Below, one piece after another: positions 45,101-53,439 of a stretch of 64,000 bases of DNA (its first letter is position 1; each line of letters starts with the position of its first letter). The notes under the pieces were generated by a model. It saw only the letters and a program-made list of their open reading frames with translations. It did no database searches and was not told the origin of the DNA. The DNA lies in NCBI GenBank assembly GCA_003963145.1, contig RXJJ01000001.1, forward strand, positions 217,358-281,357, in the 5' to 3' direction. The position numbers and the translations under genes are program-made. Source of the stretch: Bradyrhizobiaceae bacterium (GTDB taxonomy: Bacteria > Pseudomonadota > Alphaproteobacteria > Rhizobiales > Xanthobacteraceae).

Positions 45101-45651
45101 ACCTCGTGGAAGCGATCAAGAAGCTGCGTACCGGCATCCAGAGCCTGAACAAGGAAGCGCGCGAGCGTCTTCTGACCTCGTTCGAGGTCGTCAACACCCA
45201 CTTCAAGCGGCTGTTCACCGAACTCTTCGGCGGCGGTCAGGCCGAGCTGCAGCTGATCGAAAGCGACGATCCTTTGGAAGCGGGCCTCGAGATCATCGCC
45301 AAGCCGCCGGGCAAGAAGCCGCAGACGCTGTCGCTGCTTTCGGGCGGCGAGCAGGCGCTGACCGCGCTGGCTTTGATCTTCGCGGTGTTCCTCACCAATC
45401 CCTCTCCGATCTGCGTGCTGGACGAGGTCGACGCGCCGCTGGACGACCACAACGTGGAGCGCTTCTGCAATCTGCTGCACGAAATGACATCGACCACCGA
45501 AACGCGCTTCATCATCATCACGCATAATCCCATCACCATGGCGCGGATGAACCGTCTGTTCGGCGTCACCATGGCCGAGCGCGGCGTTTCCCAGCTCGTC
45601 TCGGTCGATCTCGACGGCGCGATGAAGGTGCTGGACCAGAACGTGGCGTGA
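42187..45651 (+). CDS. smc: Chromosome segregation protein SMC
   Basis: GPNGCGKSN Walker A, long coiled coils, LLSGGE signature, LDEVDAPLD. Confidence 0.96.
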   Translation: MKLTRLRLHGFKSFVEATDFLIEPGLTGVVGPNGCGKSNLVEALRWAMGETSHKSLRAADMDAVIFAGSGNRPARNHAEVVMTIDNTDRSAPAAINDHETLEVSRRIERQAGSAYRINGKDVRARDVQILFADAATGARSPALVHQGKIGEIIQARPDQRRRVLEDAAGVAGLHARRHEAELRLKAAESNLTRVEDVIGQLASQIEGLKKQARQAIRYRELQAKVRKAEALLFHLRWVQANTDVTEAGKTHDLTVRDLAERTREQAEAARIQAIRAADLPGLRENEARAAAGLQRLTNARETLDREEERAKERVIELDRRLTQLAGDIEREQRQMSDADVALQRLDAEDATLKDEIASRVEKRSGADQRSAEAQATLADAERTFSELTTALADLTARRNQFEANVRTHQGRLARIDQEIAGVQRDVEKLDAETGSLGDLAALAQTMEAAQQALTQADTAAQTSEAAHVAARAKLESSRAPVVEADKRVQRLETEAKTIAKLVTSETKNLWPPIIDGVSVTKGYEKALGAALGDDLDAPVDASAPMRWSNLGVQSGDPSLPAGVESLASHVNAPPELARRLAQIGVVSRDQGGQLASQLRTGQRLVSVEGDLWRWDGFVAAAHAPTGAARRLAERARLIDIEAELVQARNDAAAKRQALETAEADLKVAAASETSAREAARNARREADAARERHAAAEREINRHAARRSALTEAHARLTADRSEAHGAHEAATQAVAELPASHETEEQLAGARAAMEERRSFAAQVRAEAQALAREAELADRRVQAILAERNEWQSRKENGAAQIATIEERISDVKTERASLDDAPAQFAEKRRALISEIETAEAARRTAADALAEAERLMAETDREARASLEALSSAREATARAEERMEGAKRRVEDIEREIRDMLEVEPHGVAALAELTPESEPAPVAQVEEELEKLRRDRDRLGSVNLRAEEELREVETQHTSLTTERDDLVEAIKKLRTGIQSLNKEARERLLTSFEVVNTHFKRLFTELFGGGQAELQLIESDDPLEAGLEIIAKPPGKKPQTLSLLSGGEQALTALALIFAVFLTNPSPICVLDEVDAPLDDHNVERFCNLLHEMTSTTETRFIIITHNPITMARMNRLFGVTMAERGVSQLVSVDLDGAMKVLDQNVA

Positions 45652-45655
45652 TTTT

Positions 45656-45804
45656 CTTTTCCCCTCTCCCCTTGTGGGAGAGGGTGGCGAGATCGAGTGA
45701 AACGAGAACGAGCCGGGTGAGGGGTAGGTTGAGCGACTAGTCAGCACCCCTCACCCGCCTTCGCTTCGCTCAGGCACCCTCTCCCACAAGGGGAGAGGGG
45801 AAAG
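45656..45804. repeat. Gene-less palindromic element (CCCCTCTCCCCTTGTGGGAGAGGGTG arms), copy 2
   Basis: 45661-45686 and inverted 45775-45800; near-identical to 33096-33250 in the opposite orientation. Confidence 0.85.
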
Positions 45805-45810
45805 AGCACA

Positions 45811-46788
45811 ATGACTCCCGTTCTTCCCGCCGAACTCAAAGCCGCGCTGGCGCGCAAGTCCGAAGGCCTGTCGCAAGGCGACGCCGCGAGGCGCGCGGCG
45901 GCGATCTCTGAAAACTACCGCAGCGGCGGGACTTCAAAACCGATCGCGAGCGAAACCGATGCGCTGGCCTATGCGCTGGCGCGAATGCCGGCAACCTACG
46001 CCGCGGTCACCGCAAGCCTGAATGCGCTGCGCGATCTATTCCCGGATTTCTGCCCGCGCAGCCTGCTCGATATCGGCGCGGGCCCCGGCACGGCGTCATG
46101 GGCCGCGGCGCAAACCTTCGACACGCTCGAAAAATTCTCGGCGATCGACGCCAACGTTGCGCTGCGCGCGCTGGCGCTCGATCTTGCGTCCGGGACATCC
46201 CTGTCATCGCTCGATTACGAGCGCGGCGATGCCCTGACGGCGCTTGCGAAGGCACCGCCATCCGACCTCGTGATCGCAAGCTATGTCATCAACGAACTCG
46301 ACGACGCGCGGCGCGAAAAGCTCGTCGGACTGATGTGGGAAAAAGCCGGACAGGTTCTTGTTGTCGTCGAGCCCGGCACGCCCGACGGCTATCAAAGGAT
46401 CGTCGCCGCCCGCGCGCAGCTCATCGCGTCGGGTGCGTACATCATAGCGCCCTGCCCGCACGACAAACCGTGTCCGCTGACGCCGCCGGACTGGTGCCAT
46501 TTTTCCCGGCGCCTGCCGCGCTCGCGCGCGCATAAACACCTCAAGGACGCGGACCTTCCCTTCGAGGATGAGAGATACATTTATGTCGCAGCCTCCCGCT
46601 CGCCGCGCCGCGAGCATGTCGCGCGCATCCTGTCGCAACCCAGCGTCACCAAGATCGCGGTCAGCGCGAAACTCTGCACGGATGCCGGCATAAGGGCCGT
46701 GGCGATTCCGCGCCGCGACAAAATATCCTACGCAAAGTCCAGAAAATGGAATTGGGGCGACGCAATCGGAGAGCTTGCAGGGGAATAA
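45811..46788 (+). CDS. Rsm22-like SAM-dependent methyltransferase
   Basis: YALARMPATYAA, LDIGAGPGT, VEPGTPDG, APCPH..CP...WCHF. Confidence 0.82.
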   Translation: MTPVLPAELKAALARKSEGLSQGDAARRAAAISENYRSGGTSKPIASETDALAYALARMPATYAAVTASLNALRDLFPDFCPRSLLDIGAGPGTASWAAAQTFDTLEKFSAIDANVALRALALDLASGTSLSSLDYERGDALTALAKAPPSDLVIASYVINELDDARREKLVGLMWEKAGQVLVVVEPGTPDGYQRIVAARAQLIASGAYIIAPCPHDKPCPLTPPDWCHFSRRLPRSRAHKHLKDADLPFEDERYIYVAASRSPRREHVARILSQPSVTKIAVSAKLCTDAGIRAVAIPRRDKISYAKSRKWNWGDAIGELAGE

Positions 46789-46854
46789 TTCTGCTGAACC
46801 GGAGTTCTCCAGTATGACGCGACCGCGTCTCGAATTTCATCAGGAGTAATCTGC

Positions 46855-47247
46855 ATGTTTAAACCAAACGGTTTGGCCGCCGCTGCGGCGCTGACGTTGA
46901 TCTTCGCCTCGGCGGCCGCATTCGCCGACATGGCGCCCGCCAAGATCGCCGAGACCTCCAAGGGCAAGGCGTTCGTCGATGGCAAGGGCATGACGCTCTA
47001 CACATTCGACAAGGACAGTGACGGCAAGTCGGCCTGCAACGGCCCCTGCGCCGGTAACTGGCCGCCGCTGGCCGCCCCTGCCGATGCAAAGGCCTCGGGC
47101 GACTGGAGCGTGGTGACTCGTGACGACGGCAGCAAGATGTGGGCCCTCAAGGGCAAGCCGGTCTACACCTTCGTCAAGGACACCAAAGCCGGCGACACCA
47201 ATGGCGACGGCTTCCTGAACGGTGCCTGGCACATCGCCAAGCCTTAA
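46855..47247 (+). CDS. Secreted protein with duplicated LYTF..D repeat (COG4315-like)
   Basis: GMTLYTFDKD...CNGPCAGNWPP...KGKPVYTFVKD; signal peptide. Confidence 0.8.
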   Translation: MFKPNGLAAAAALTLIFASAAAFADMAPAKIAETSKGKAFVDGKGMTLYTFDKDSDGKSACNGPCAGNWPPLAAPADAKASGDWSVVTRDDGSKMWALKGKPVYTFVKDTKAGDTNGDGFLNGAWHIAKP

Positions 47248-47302
47248 GCCGAACCGTAAAATACCTCCAAGGGCCCAAGGCCCGCGATGCACCCGCCAAC
47301 TT

Positions 47303-47331
47303 TCCCGCCTTCTCCGGAAGGCGGGATTTTT
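47303..47331 (+). terminator. Intrinsic terminator
   Basis: TCCCGCCTTC-tccg-GAAGGCGGGA-TTTTT. Confidence 0.7.
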
Positions 47332-47554
47332 ACCAAGCACCTCTCACCTGCCCATTATGGGCACAGTTCCATGCGGAAAATCGCGATTAAAGCGATTTTC
47401 CGCGAACGGCCGTTAACAACGCTCCCATGATTAGCCCGCAAAGGGAGTGTAGAGAATTGAATTATCCTCTTTTTCTGCCATGTTCCGACGCAAGGACAGG
47501 CTGGTCCGTGCGGGCGCGTCCGCACGCCACCGGCACGCGTATTAAGGGAAGATC

Positions 47555-48316
47555 ATGGCGAAGCCGGCAGTCATCGTGGTTGGCGCGGACAAAGGCGGGG
47601 TGGGCAAGACCACCGTGTCGCGCACCGTTCTGGATTATTTCAGCGCGAACAATATTCCCGCGCGTGCCTTCGACACCGAAGCGCCGCGCGGCACTCTGAA
47701 GCGCTTTCATCCCGGCATCACGGAAATCGTCGATATGACGACGACCGCCGATCAGATGAAAATCTTCGACACACTCAACACCGCAGGCGCCAATGTCACG
47801 GTGATCGATGTGCGCGCGGGACTGCTGTCCCCGACGCTGGCCTCGCTGCGCGATATCGGCTTTCTCGACGCCGCGCGTTCCGGCCAGATTACCTTCGCGG
47901 TGTTCCACATCCTCGGCCCCTCGATCGCCTCGTTGAACGAGATCGCTGAAACCGCCAATTTCATGGAAGGCGCCCGCTATTTCCTGGTGAAGAATTTCAT
48001 CAACACGTCGAGCTTCTTCGAGTGGGATCAGGCGACCTACAACTCGTATTTCAAGCGCATCAAGAACGCGACCGAGATCACGATCCCGAAGCTCGACGAG
48101 ATGGCCTATGAGCAGGTCGAGGTCTCGTCCGTGCCGTTCCTCAAATTCGTGGCCAACAAGGGCACGCGTGACGAGTCGGCGAATTATTCGTTCGTGCTGC
48201 GCGGCTATGTCCGCCACTGGCTGAGCAATGTGTGGGGCGAATACGACCGCATCAAGCTGACCGATATCGTCGGCGCCACGGACAAGGTGACCGCCCGCGC
48301 TACCGAGGGCGAATAG
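47555..48316 (+). CDS. ParA/MinD-like P-loop NTPase of unknown function
   Basis: Deviant Walker A ADKGGVGKTT; AFDTE; TVIDVRAG. Confidence 0.75.
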   Translation: MAKPAVIVVGADKGGVGKTTVSRTVLDYFSANNIPARAFDTEAPRGTLKRFHPGITEIVDMTTTADQMKIFDTLNTAGANVTVIDVRAGLLSPTLASLRDIGFLDAARSGQITFAVFHILGPSIASLNEIAETANFMEGARYFLVKNFINTSSFFEWDQATYNSYFKRIKNATEITIPKLDEMAYEQVEVSSVPFLKFVANKGTRDESANYSFVLRGYVRHWLSNVWGEYDRIKLTDIVGATDKVTARATEGE

Positions 48317-48339
48317 CCCCGCCAAATTTATTTTTCTCC

Positions 48340-48412
48340 TGTCGTTGCCGGGCTTGACCAAGCAATCCATCCGTTTTGTAGATGGATGCCCGGATCAAGT
48401 CCGGGCGTGACG
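48340..48412. repeat. REP-like dimer (GTCGTTGCCGGGCTTGACC family)
   Basis: GTCGTTGCCGGGCTTGACC...ATCCATC/GATGGAT...GGATCAAGTCCGGGCGTGACG. Confidence 0.75.
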
Positions 48413-48461
48413 AATATGATACCGCTACAAACGCTTTTTCCCGGGCCTGTTTCCGAAATCC

Positions 48462-49142
48462 ATGAGCCGCACGCCCGTCCATATCGTCTGCTCGCCCCGC
48501 CCCGGAGTCGGCAAGACGCTGGTCTCACGGCTGCTCGCGGAATTTCTGCTGCTCAGGCGCGGATCCATCGCCGCCTTCGACATCAGTATCCGCGAACCGT
48601 CGCTGGTCGATTATCTGCCGGAATTCACCGAAACCGCGGCGATCAGCGACACCCACGGCCAGATGGCGCTGATGGACCGGCTGATCGTCAATGACGGCGC
48701 ACCCAAGGTCGTCGATCTCGGCTTTCATGTCTTCGACGAATTTTTCGAGATAATCGAGCATATCGGTTTCGCCAAGGAGGCCATCCGGCGCGGCGTCGAT
48801 CCCGTGATCATGTTCATTCCAGATAGATCACGGAACGCCATGATGGGGTGGCGAATGCTGAATTCGAGGTTTCCGGAGGCGAGACTGGTTGCGATCGATA
48901 ACGATCAGGTCTTGCAGGGTGTGCTGCCGACGGGATTTGAAAAGGCGACGTTTCTCAAAATTCCGGCGCTGCCACCATTTCTCAAGTCCATCATTGCGCG
49001 AACGAATTTGTCGTTCACGGAGTATCTGCGGACCAATCAGGACAGCTCATCCGAACTTCATCAATGGATCCGCGGAAACTATATCCAGTTCCGGGACATG
49101 GACGAGCTGTTTCAGCCGACGCAGAGAGGTCCGCGTCGCTGA
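48462..49142 (+). CDS. Second, divergent ParA-like P-loop protein
   Basis: CSPRPGVGKTLVSR, AAFD, KVVDLG; same layout as the upstream paralog. Confidence 0.7.
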   Translation: MSRTPVHIVCSPRPGVGKTLVSRLLAEFLLLRRGSIAAFDISIREPSLVDYLPEFTETAAISDTHGQMALMDRLIVNDGAPKVVDLGFHVFDEFFEIIEHIGFAKEAIRRGVDPVIMFIPDRSRNAMMGWRMLNSRFPEARLVAIDNDQVLQGVLPTGFEKATFLKIPALPPFLKSIIARTNLSFTEYLRTNQDSSSELHQWIRGNYIQFRDMDELFQPTQRGPRR

Positions 49143-49157
49143 TCGGGGCTCCTTTTA

Positions 49158-49739
49158 TTGGCGAAGCCGCGCCGTCAGATTGGCCCTCACCGCCGGCCAT
49201 TCGCTGGCGATGATGCTGTAGACGACCGTGTCGCGAAGCGTGCCATTCTGCAGTATTTGATGATTGCGCAAAATGCCATCATATTTGGCTCCGAGCCGTT
49301 CGATGGCGCGGCGGCTCTGATGGTTCAAAAAATGAGTGCGGAATTCCACCGCGATGCAATCGAGCGCGTCGAAAGCATGCATCAGCAACAACAGCTTGCA
49401 TTGCGTGTTGAGCGGCGTGCGCTGAACGCGTCTGGCGTACCATGTCGATCCGATCTCGACCCGGCGGTTGGGCGCATCCACATTCATGTAGGTCGTCATG
49501 CCGGCAACCACGCCTGCGGAATCCTTTACAACAAACGGTAGCATCGAGCCCTTGGCCTGAAGGCCGAGGCGGCGCTCGATTTCGCCGTTCATGTTTTCAG
49601 GCGAAGGAATGTTCGTGTACCAGAGCTTCCAAAGCTCTCCGTCCTTCACCGCTTCCACAAGCCCGTCATGATGAGACTGTGACAAAGGCTCAAGACGGCC
49701 GTGCGGTCCTTCGAGCGTAACGGGCGCGAGCCAGGTCAT
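49158..49739 (-). CDS. GNAT family N-acetyltransferase (RimJ-like)
   Basis: RVEIGSTWY, NTQCKLLLL, SRRAIERLGAKYDG, RDTVVYSII. Confidence 0.88.
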
Positions 49740-49762
49740 CAATCCTCCCCGCGCCAGCCGAG

Positions 49763-50302
49763 CTAGTGACCTTCGAAGGTCATGAGAGTCCGCACCGGCA
49801 CATTCATCGCCCGCAGCTTCGCCGCTCCGCCAAGGTCGGGCAGATCGACAACGAAACAGGCCGCGACGACCTCGGCGCCGATCTGGCGCAGCAACTTCAC
49901 AGCGCCCTCCGCCGTGCCGCCGGTCGCGATCAAATCGTCGACGAGAATCACCTTCTCGCCGGGCTGTACTGCGTCGGCATGCATTTCCATTTCGTCGATG
50001 CCATATTCCAGTGAGTAAGCGATCCGCACCGTGGTGTGCGGCAGCTTGCCCTTCTTGCGGATCGGCACGAAGCCGGCGGAGACCTGATGGGCGACCGCAC
50101 CGCCCAGAATGAAGCCGCGTGCCTCCATGCCGGCGACCTTGTCGATCTTCGATCCGGCCCATGGCTGCACCAGCTCATCGACCGCGCGGCGGAACGCGCG
50201 CGCATTGCCGAGCAGCGTGGTGATGTCGCGGAACATGATTCCGGGCTTCGGATAATCCGGGATTGTACGGATCGAGGCTTTCAGGTCGGTTTCAAGGTTC
50301 AT
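49763..50302 (-). CDS. apt: Adenine phosphoribosyltransferase
   Basis: [37 protein letters not shown]. Confidence 0.95.
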   Translation of the reverse strand: MNLETDLKASIRTIPDYPKPGIMFRDITTLLGNARAFRRAVDELVQPWAGSKIDKVAGMEARGFILGGAVAHQVSAGFVPIRKKGKLPHTTVRIAYSLEYGIDEMEMHADAVQPGEKVILVDDLIATGGTAEGAVKLLRQIGAEVVAACFVVDLPDLGGAAKLRAMNVPVRTLMTFEGH

Positions 50303-50350
50303 CGAACGATCTTTCAAATATCCGCTTTGCGCATCATGCAAAAATTCTGC

Positions 50351-52509
50351 CTAATTCGGTTGTCCGAGGCGGAAGGCGTTCTCGACGATCTTCAGCCCCA
50401 CATCGCCTTCCAGCGACATCAGCGATTCGGGATGAAACTGCACACCGCCGACCGGCAGACTCTTGTGCTCGATGGTCATCGGGATGCCGTCTTCGGTGCT
50501 GGCGGTCACGACCAGAACATCAGGCATCTCGTTCGGAGCGACGAACAGCGAGTGATAGCGACCGATGGTAAGTTCGTTCGGCAGGTTGCGCATCAAGGTG
50601 CCGCCGCGATTTTGAATGCGCGATGGCCGCCCGTGCGCGGGGGTCGCCAGTTGTCCGAGTTCGCCGCCGAAATATTCGCCGATCGCCTGCACGCCCAGAC
50701 ATACGCCAAAGATCGGCATTTTCTTTTCCAGCGCCGCGCCGATGAAATTCGAGATGCCGAAATCCTCCGGCCGCCCCGGTCCCGGCGACAGCACGAGCAG
50801 ATCGAATTTTTCCTTCTTCAACCGCTCGAGCGCGTGGGTGTGACGCGTCACGCTGACGCTCGCACCCACCTGCCGGAAATAGTCCGCCAGCATGTGCACG
50901 AACGAATCCTCATGATCGATCAGCAGTACCTTCTTGCCTGAACCCGTGGCATCGGGCTGGAAGGTCGAGAGCGGCTTCGGCGGATCGCCGCGCAGCGCCT
51001 GAAACAGCGCCGCGGCCTTGGTCTGGCACTCTTTCTCTTCGGCGACGGGATCGGAATCGAACAGCAGCGTCGCGCCGACGCGCACTTCCGCAAGTCCGTC
51101 CTTCATGCGGATGGTACGGATGGTGAGGCCGGTGTTGATGCCGCCGTCGAAACCGAGAAAACCGAGCGCGCCAGCATACCAGCGGCGCGAGGAGCGCTCG
51201 TTATCCTCGACGAACTGCATCGCCCACAGCTTCGGCGCGCCGGTGACGGTGACCGCCCAGCAATGGGTGAGGAAACCGTCGATGGCGTCGAAGCCCGGCC
51301 GCAGCATGCCCTCGACATGATCGACGGTGTGAAACAATTTCGAATAGGTCTCGATCTGCCGCCGTGCCAGAACCTTGATCGAGCCCGGCACGCAAACGCG
51401 CGCCTTGTCGTTGCGGTCGACGTCGGTGCACATGTTGAGTTCGAATTCGTCCTTCTGCGAATTCAGAAGCTCCTGAATCTGCTTAGCGTCGCCGATGGCG
51501 TCCGCGCCGCGCGCGATGGTGCCCGAGATCGGGCAGGTCTCGATCCGCCTGCCGTCCGATCGGACGAACATTTCCGGAGAGGCCGCGACGAGGAATTCGC
51601 CGTCGCCGAGATTGATCAGCGCGCCGTAGGGCGAGGGATTGATCTTGCAAAGCCGCTGGAACACTTCCGCAGGCGTTCGCTCGCAGGGTTCGGCGAACAG
51701 CTGTCCGGGCACCGCCTCGAACAGGTCGCCGCGCGCGAACGCCTCTCGCGCCCTCTCCACCGTCGCCTGATAGACGCCCGGAGGATGGTCGGCGAATCCT
51801 TCGCGTTTCGTCTTTTTGTAAATGCTGTCCGGCGTCTTGCGCGCAAGCCCCTGCGTGGAGCGGCCGTCATGCCAGAATTCATATTCGACGCTGACGCCGC
51901 GCCCGGTGGCGCGGTCATAGGCGAGAATGCGATCCGGGATGTAAAGCACGATGTCGCGCTGGTCGGCCTCGCGTGCGCGCTTCTGCTCCAGATCCTCGAT
52001 CTGGAAACGAGATCGTAGGCGAACGCGCCGTAAAGTCCGAGCAGCGGATCCTCGGGCGAGGCCATCGCCGCGATGATCTCGCGCACCAGCGACATGATCG
52101 AGGCGCGCCGCGTACGCTGGTCTTCATCGACCGGCGCCTCGCCCCGCTCGATGAATCCCGCAAGCAGCTCCGGCGTCGCCTCGGTGATGGTGACGCAGGG
52201 CTCGCTCAGCGTCGCGCCGAGAAATCCGACCAGCACCCGGCCGCGCTCGTTCAACGCCTCGATGAAGAATTTGACGCCGTTCGATTCCAGCCGCAGCGGC
52301 GGATCGGCAAAACCCAGATCGAAACTCTCATAGCGTCCCGGCACGTTGGTGCCGGAAGACAGCACCACGCCGCGGCGGCTGTCGAGCAACTCGATCAGTT
52401 CATCCAGTGCCGCGCCGCCGGTGAATTCACTGACCTGACGCGCGACGTCGAGGCCGCGCGCGGTGCGATATTCGATGCTCGGGGGAAGCGAAAAGACCGT
52501 CCTGTTCAT
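50351..52509 (-). pseudogene. trpE: Fused anthranilate synthase TrpE(G), frameshifted in this sequence (pseudogene or sequencing error)
   Basis: The N-terminal frame (GAFAYDLV) switches to the C-terminal frame (FQIEDLEQKRAR...PSPYG...GVCLG...QFHPES) at about 52005-52008, one base short. Confidence 0.85.
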
Positions 52510-52552
52510 CTGATCCTCTTAAGCAACCTTGATGAGGAACGCCACACAGGAC

Positions 52553-52582
52553 AAACAAAAGGCCGCCCCTGCATGGCGGCCT
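52553..52582 (-). terminator. trp attenuator terminator hairpin
   Basis: Minus strand AGGCCGCC-atgcagg-GGCGGCCT-TTTGTTT between the leader peptide and trpE(G). Confidence 0.8.
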
Positions 52583-52619
52583 CACGATTCATTTCACGCA
52601 AAATCGTTCCGACCACCTG

Positions 52620-52667
52620 TTAACAGGTGCGCCACCACAGACGGCTCGGACGGAACGGCTTGCTCAT
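52620..52667 (-). CDS. trpL: trp attenuator leader peptide MSKPFRPSRLWWRTC
   Basis: Tandem Trp codons in a 15-aa ORF upstream of a terminator and trpE(G). Confidence 0.85.
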   Translation of the reverse strand: MSKPFRPSRLWWRTC

Positions 52668-52809
52668 GGCGGGCAAATCATCACCCGGCGCGAGACATGT
52701 CAAGGGAAGATGCACGGTGGCTTGCCCGTCCGGTAAACACTCTGCATCCCTTGCCCCGTCATTAATCCGGGCTACATTCCGCGCGGCCCACCCTCTGGAG
52801 ACGAGAAAT

Positions 52810-53310
52810 ATGACATTTGCGGTCGTCAGCGACAGTTTCAAGGACGGCGATTATCTGGCGCAGGATCATGTGCTGTCGGCCGAATTCGGCTTCGGCTGCG
52901 CGGGCGGCAACCGCTCGCCGCACCTCAAATGGACCGGCGCGCCGGACGGCACCAAAAGCTTCGCCGTGACCTGCTACGATCCCGATGCGCCGACCGGCAG
53001 CGGCTTCTGGCACTGGGTGCTGGTCAACATTCCGCCCAACGTCACGGAGCTTGCACTCGATGCCGGCAATCCGAAAGGCGGCAAGCTGCCCACAGGAGCC
53101 CTGCTGACGCGCACCGACTATGGCGCGGCGGCTTACGGCGGCCCCTGCCCGCCCAAGGGCGATCATCCGCACCGCTACATCTTCACCGTGCATGCTGTCG
53201 GCGTGGACAAGCTCGATGCAAACGCCGACACCTCGGCGGCGGTGATCGGCTTCCAGCTCCATTTCAAGGCGCTGGCGAAAGCGGCGATCATGGGCCTCTA
53301 CAAGCACTGA
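52810..53310 (+). CDS. YbhB/YbcL (PEBP) family protein
   Basis: GGNRSPHL, YDPDAPTGSGFWHW, YGGPCPP..HRYIFTV. Confidence 0.9.
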   Translation: MTFAVVSDSFKDGDYLAQDHVLSAEFGFGCAGGNRSPHLKWTGAPDGTKSFAVTCYDPDAPTGSGFWHWVLVNIPPNVTELALDAGNPKGGKLPTGALLTRTDYGAAAYGGPCPPKGDHPHRYIFTVHAVGVDKLDANADTSAAVIGFQLHFKALAKAAIMGLYKH

Positions 53311-53316
53311 AGACTC

Positions 53317-53391
53317 CGTCATTGCGAGCCAAGCGAAGCAATCCAGCGAAGCGAACCCGATTGCTTCGTCGCTAACGCTCCCCGCAATGAC
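53317..53391. repeat. REP-like dimer (CGTCATTGCGAG family), copy 2
   Basis: CGTCATTGCGAG...GAAGCAATC/GATTGCTTC...CGCAATGAC. Confidence 0.8.
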
Positions 53392-53394
53392 AAC

Positions 53395-53423
53395 AAAAAA
53401 GCCCCGCAAAACGCGGGGCTTTT
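53395..53423. terminator. Bidirectional intrinsic terminator
   Basis: AAAAAAGCCCCGC-aaaac-GCGGGGCTTTT between convergent genes. Confidence 0.8.
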
Positions 53424-53439
53424 CAATTACAATCTGGAG

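Noticed and set aside
42112-45747. 1211-aa ORF antisense to smc
   Set aside because: Shadow frame of a GC-rich gene; no recognisable motifs; smc explains the region.
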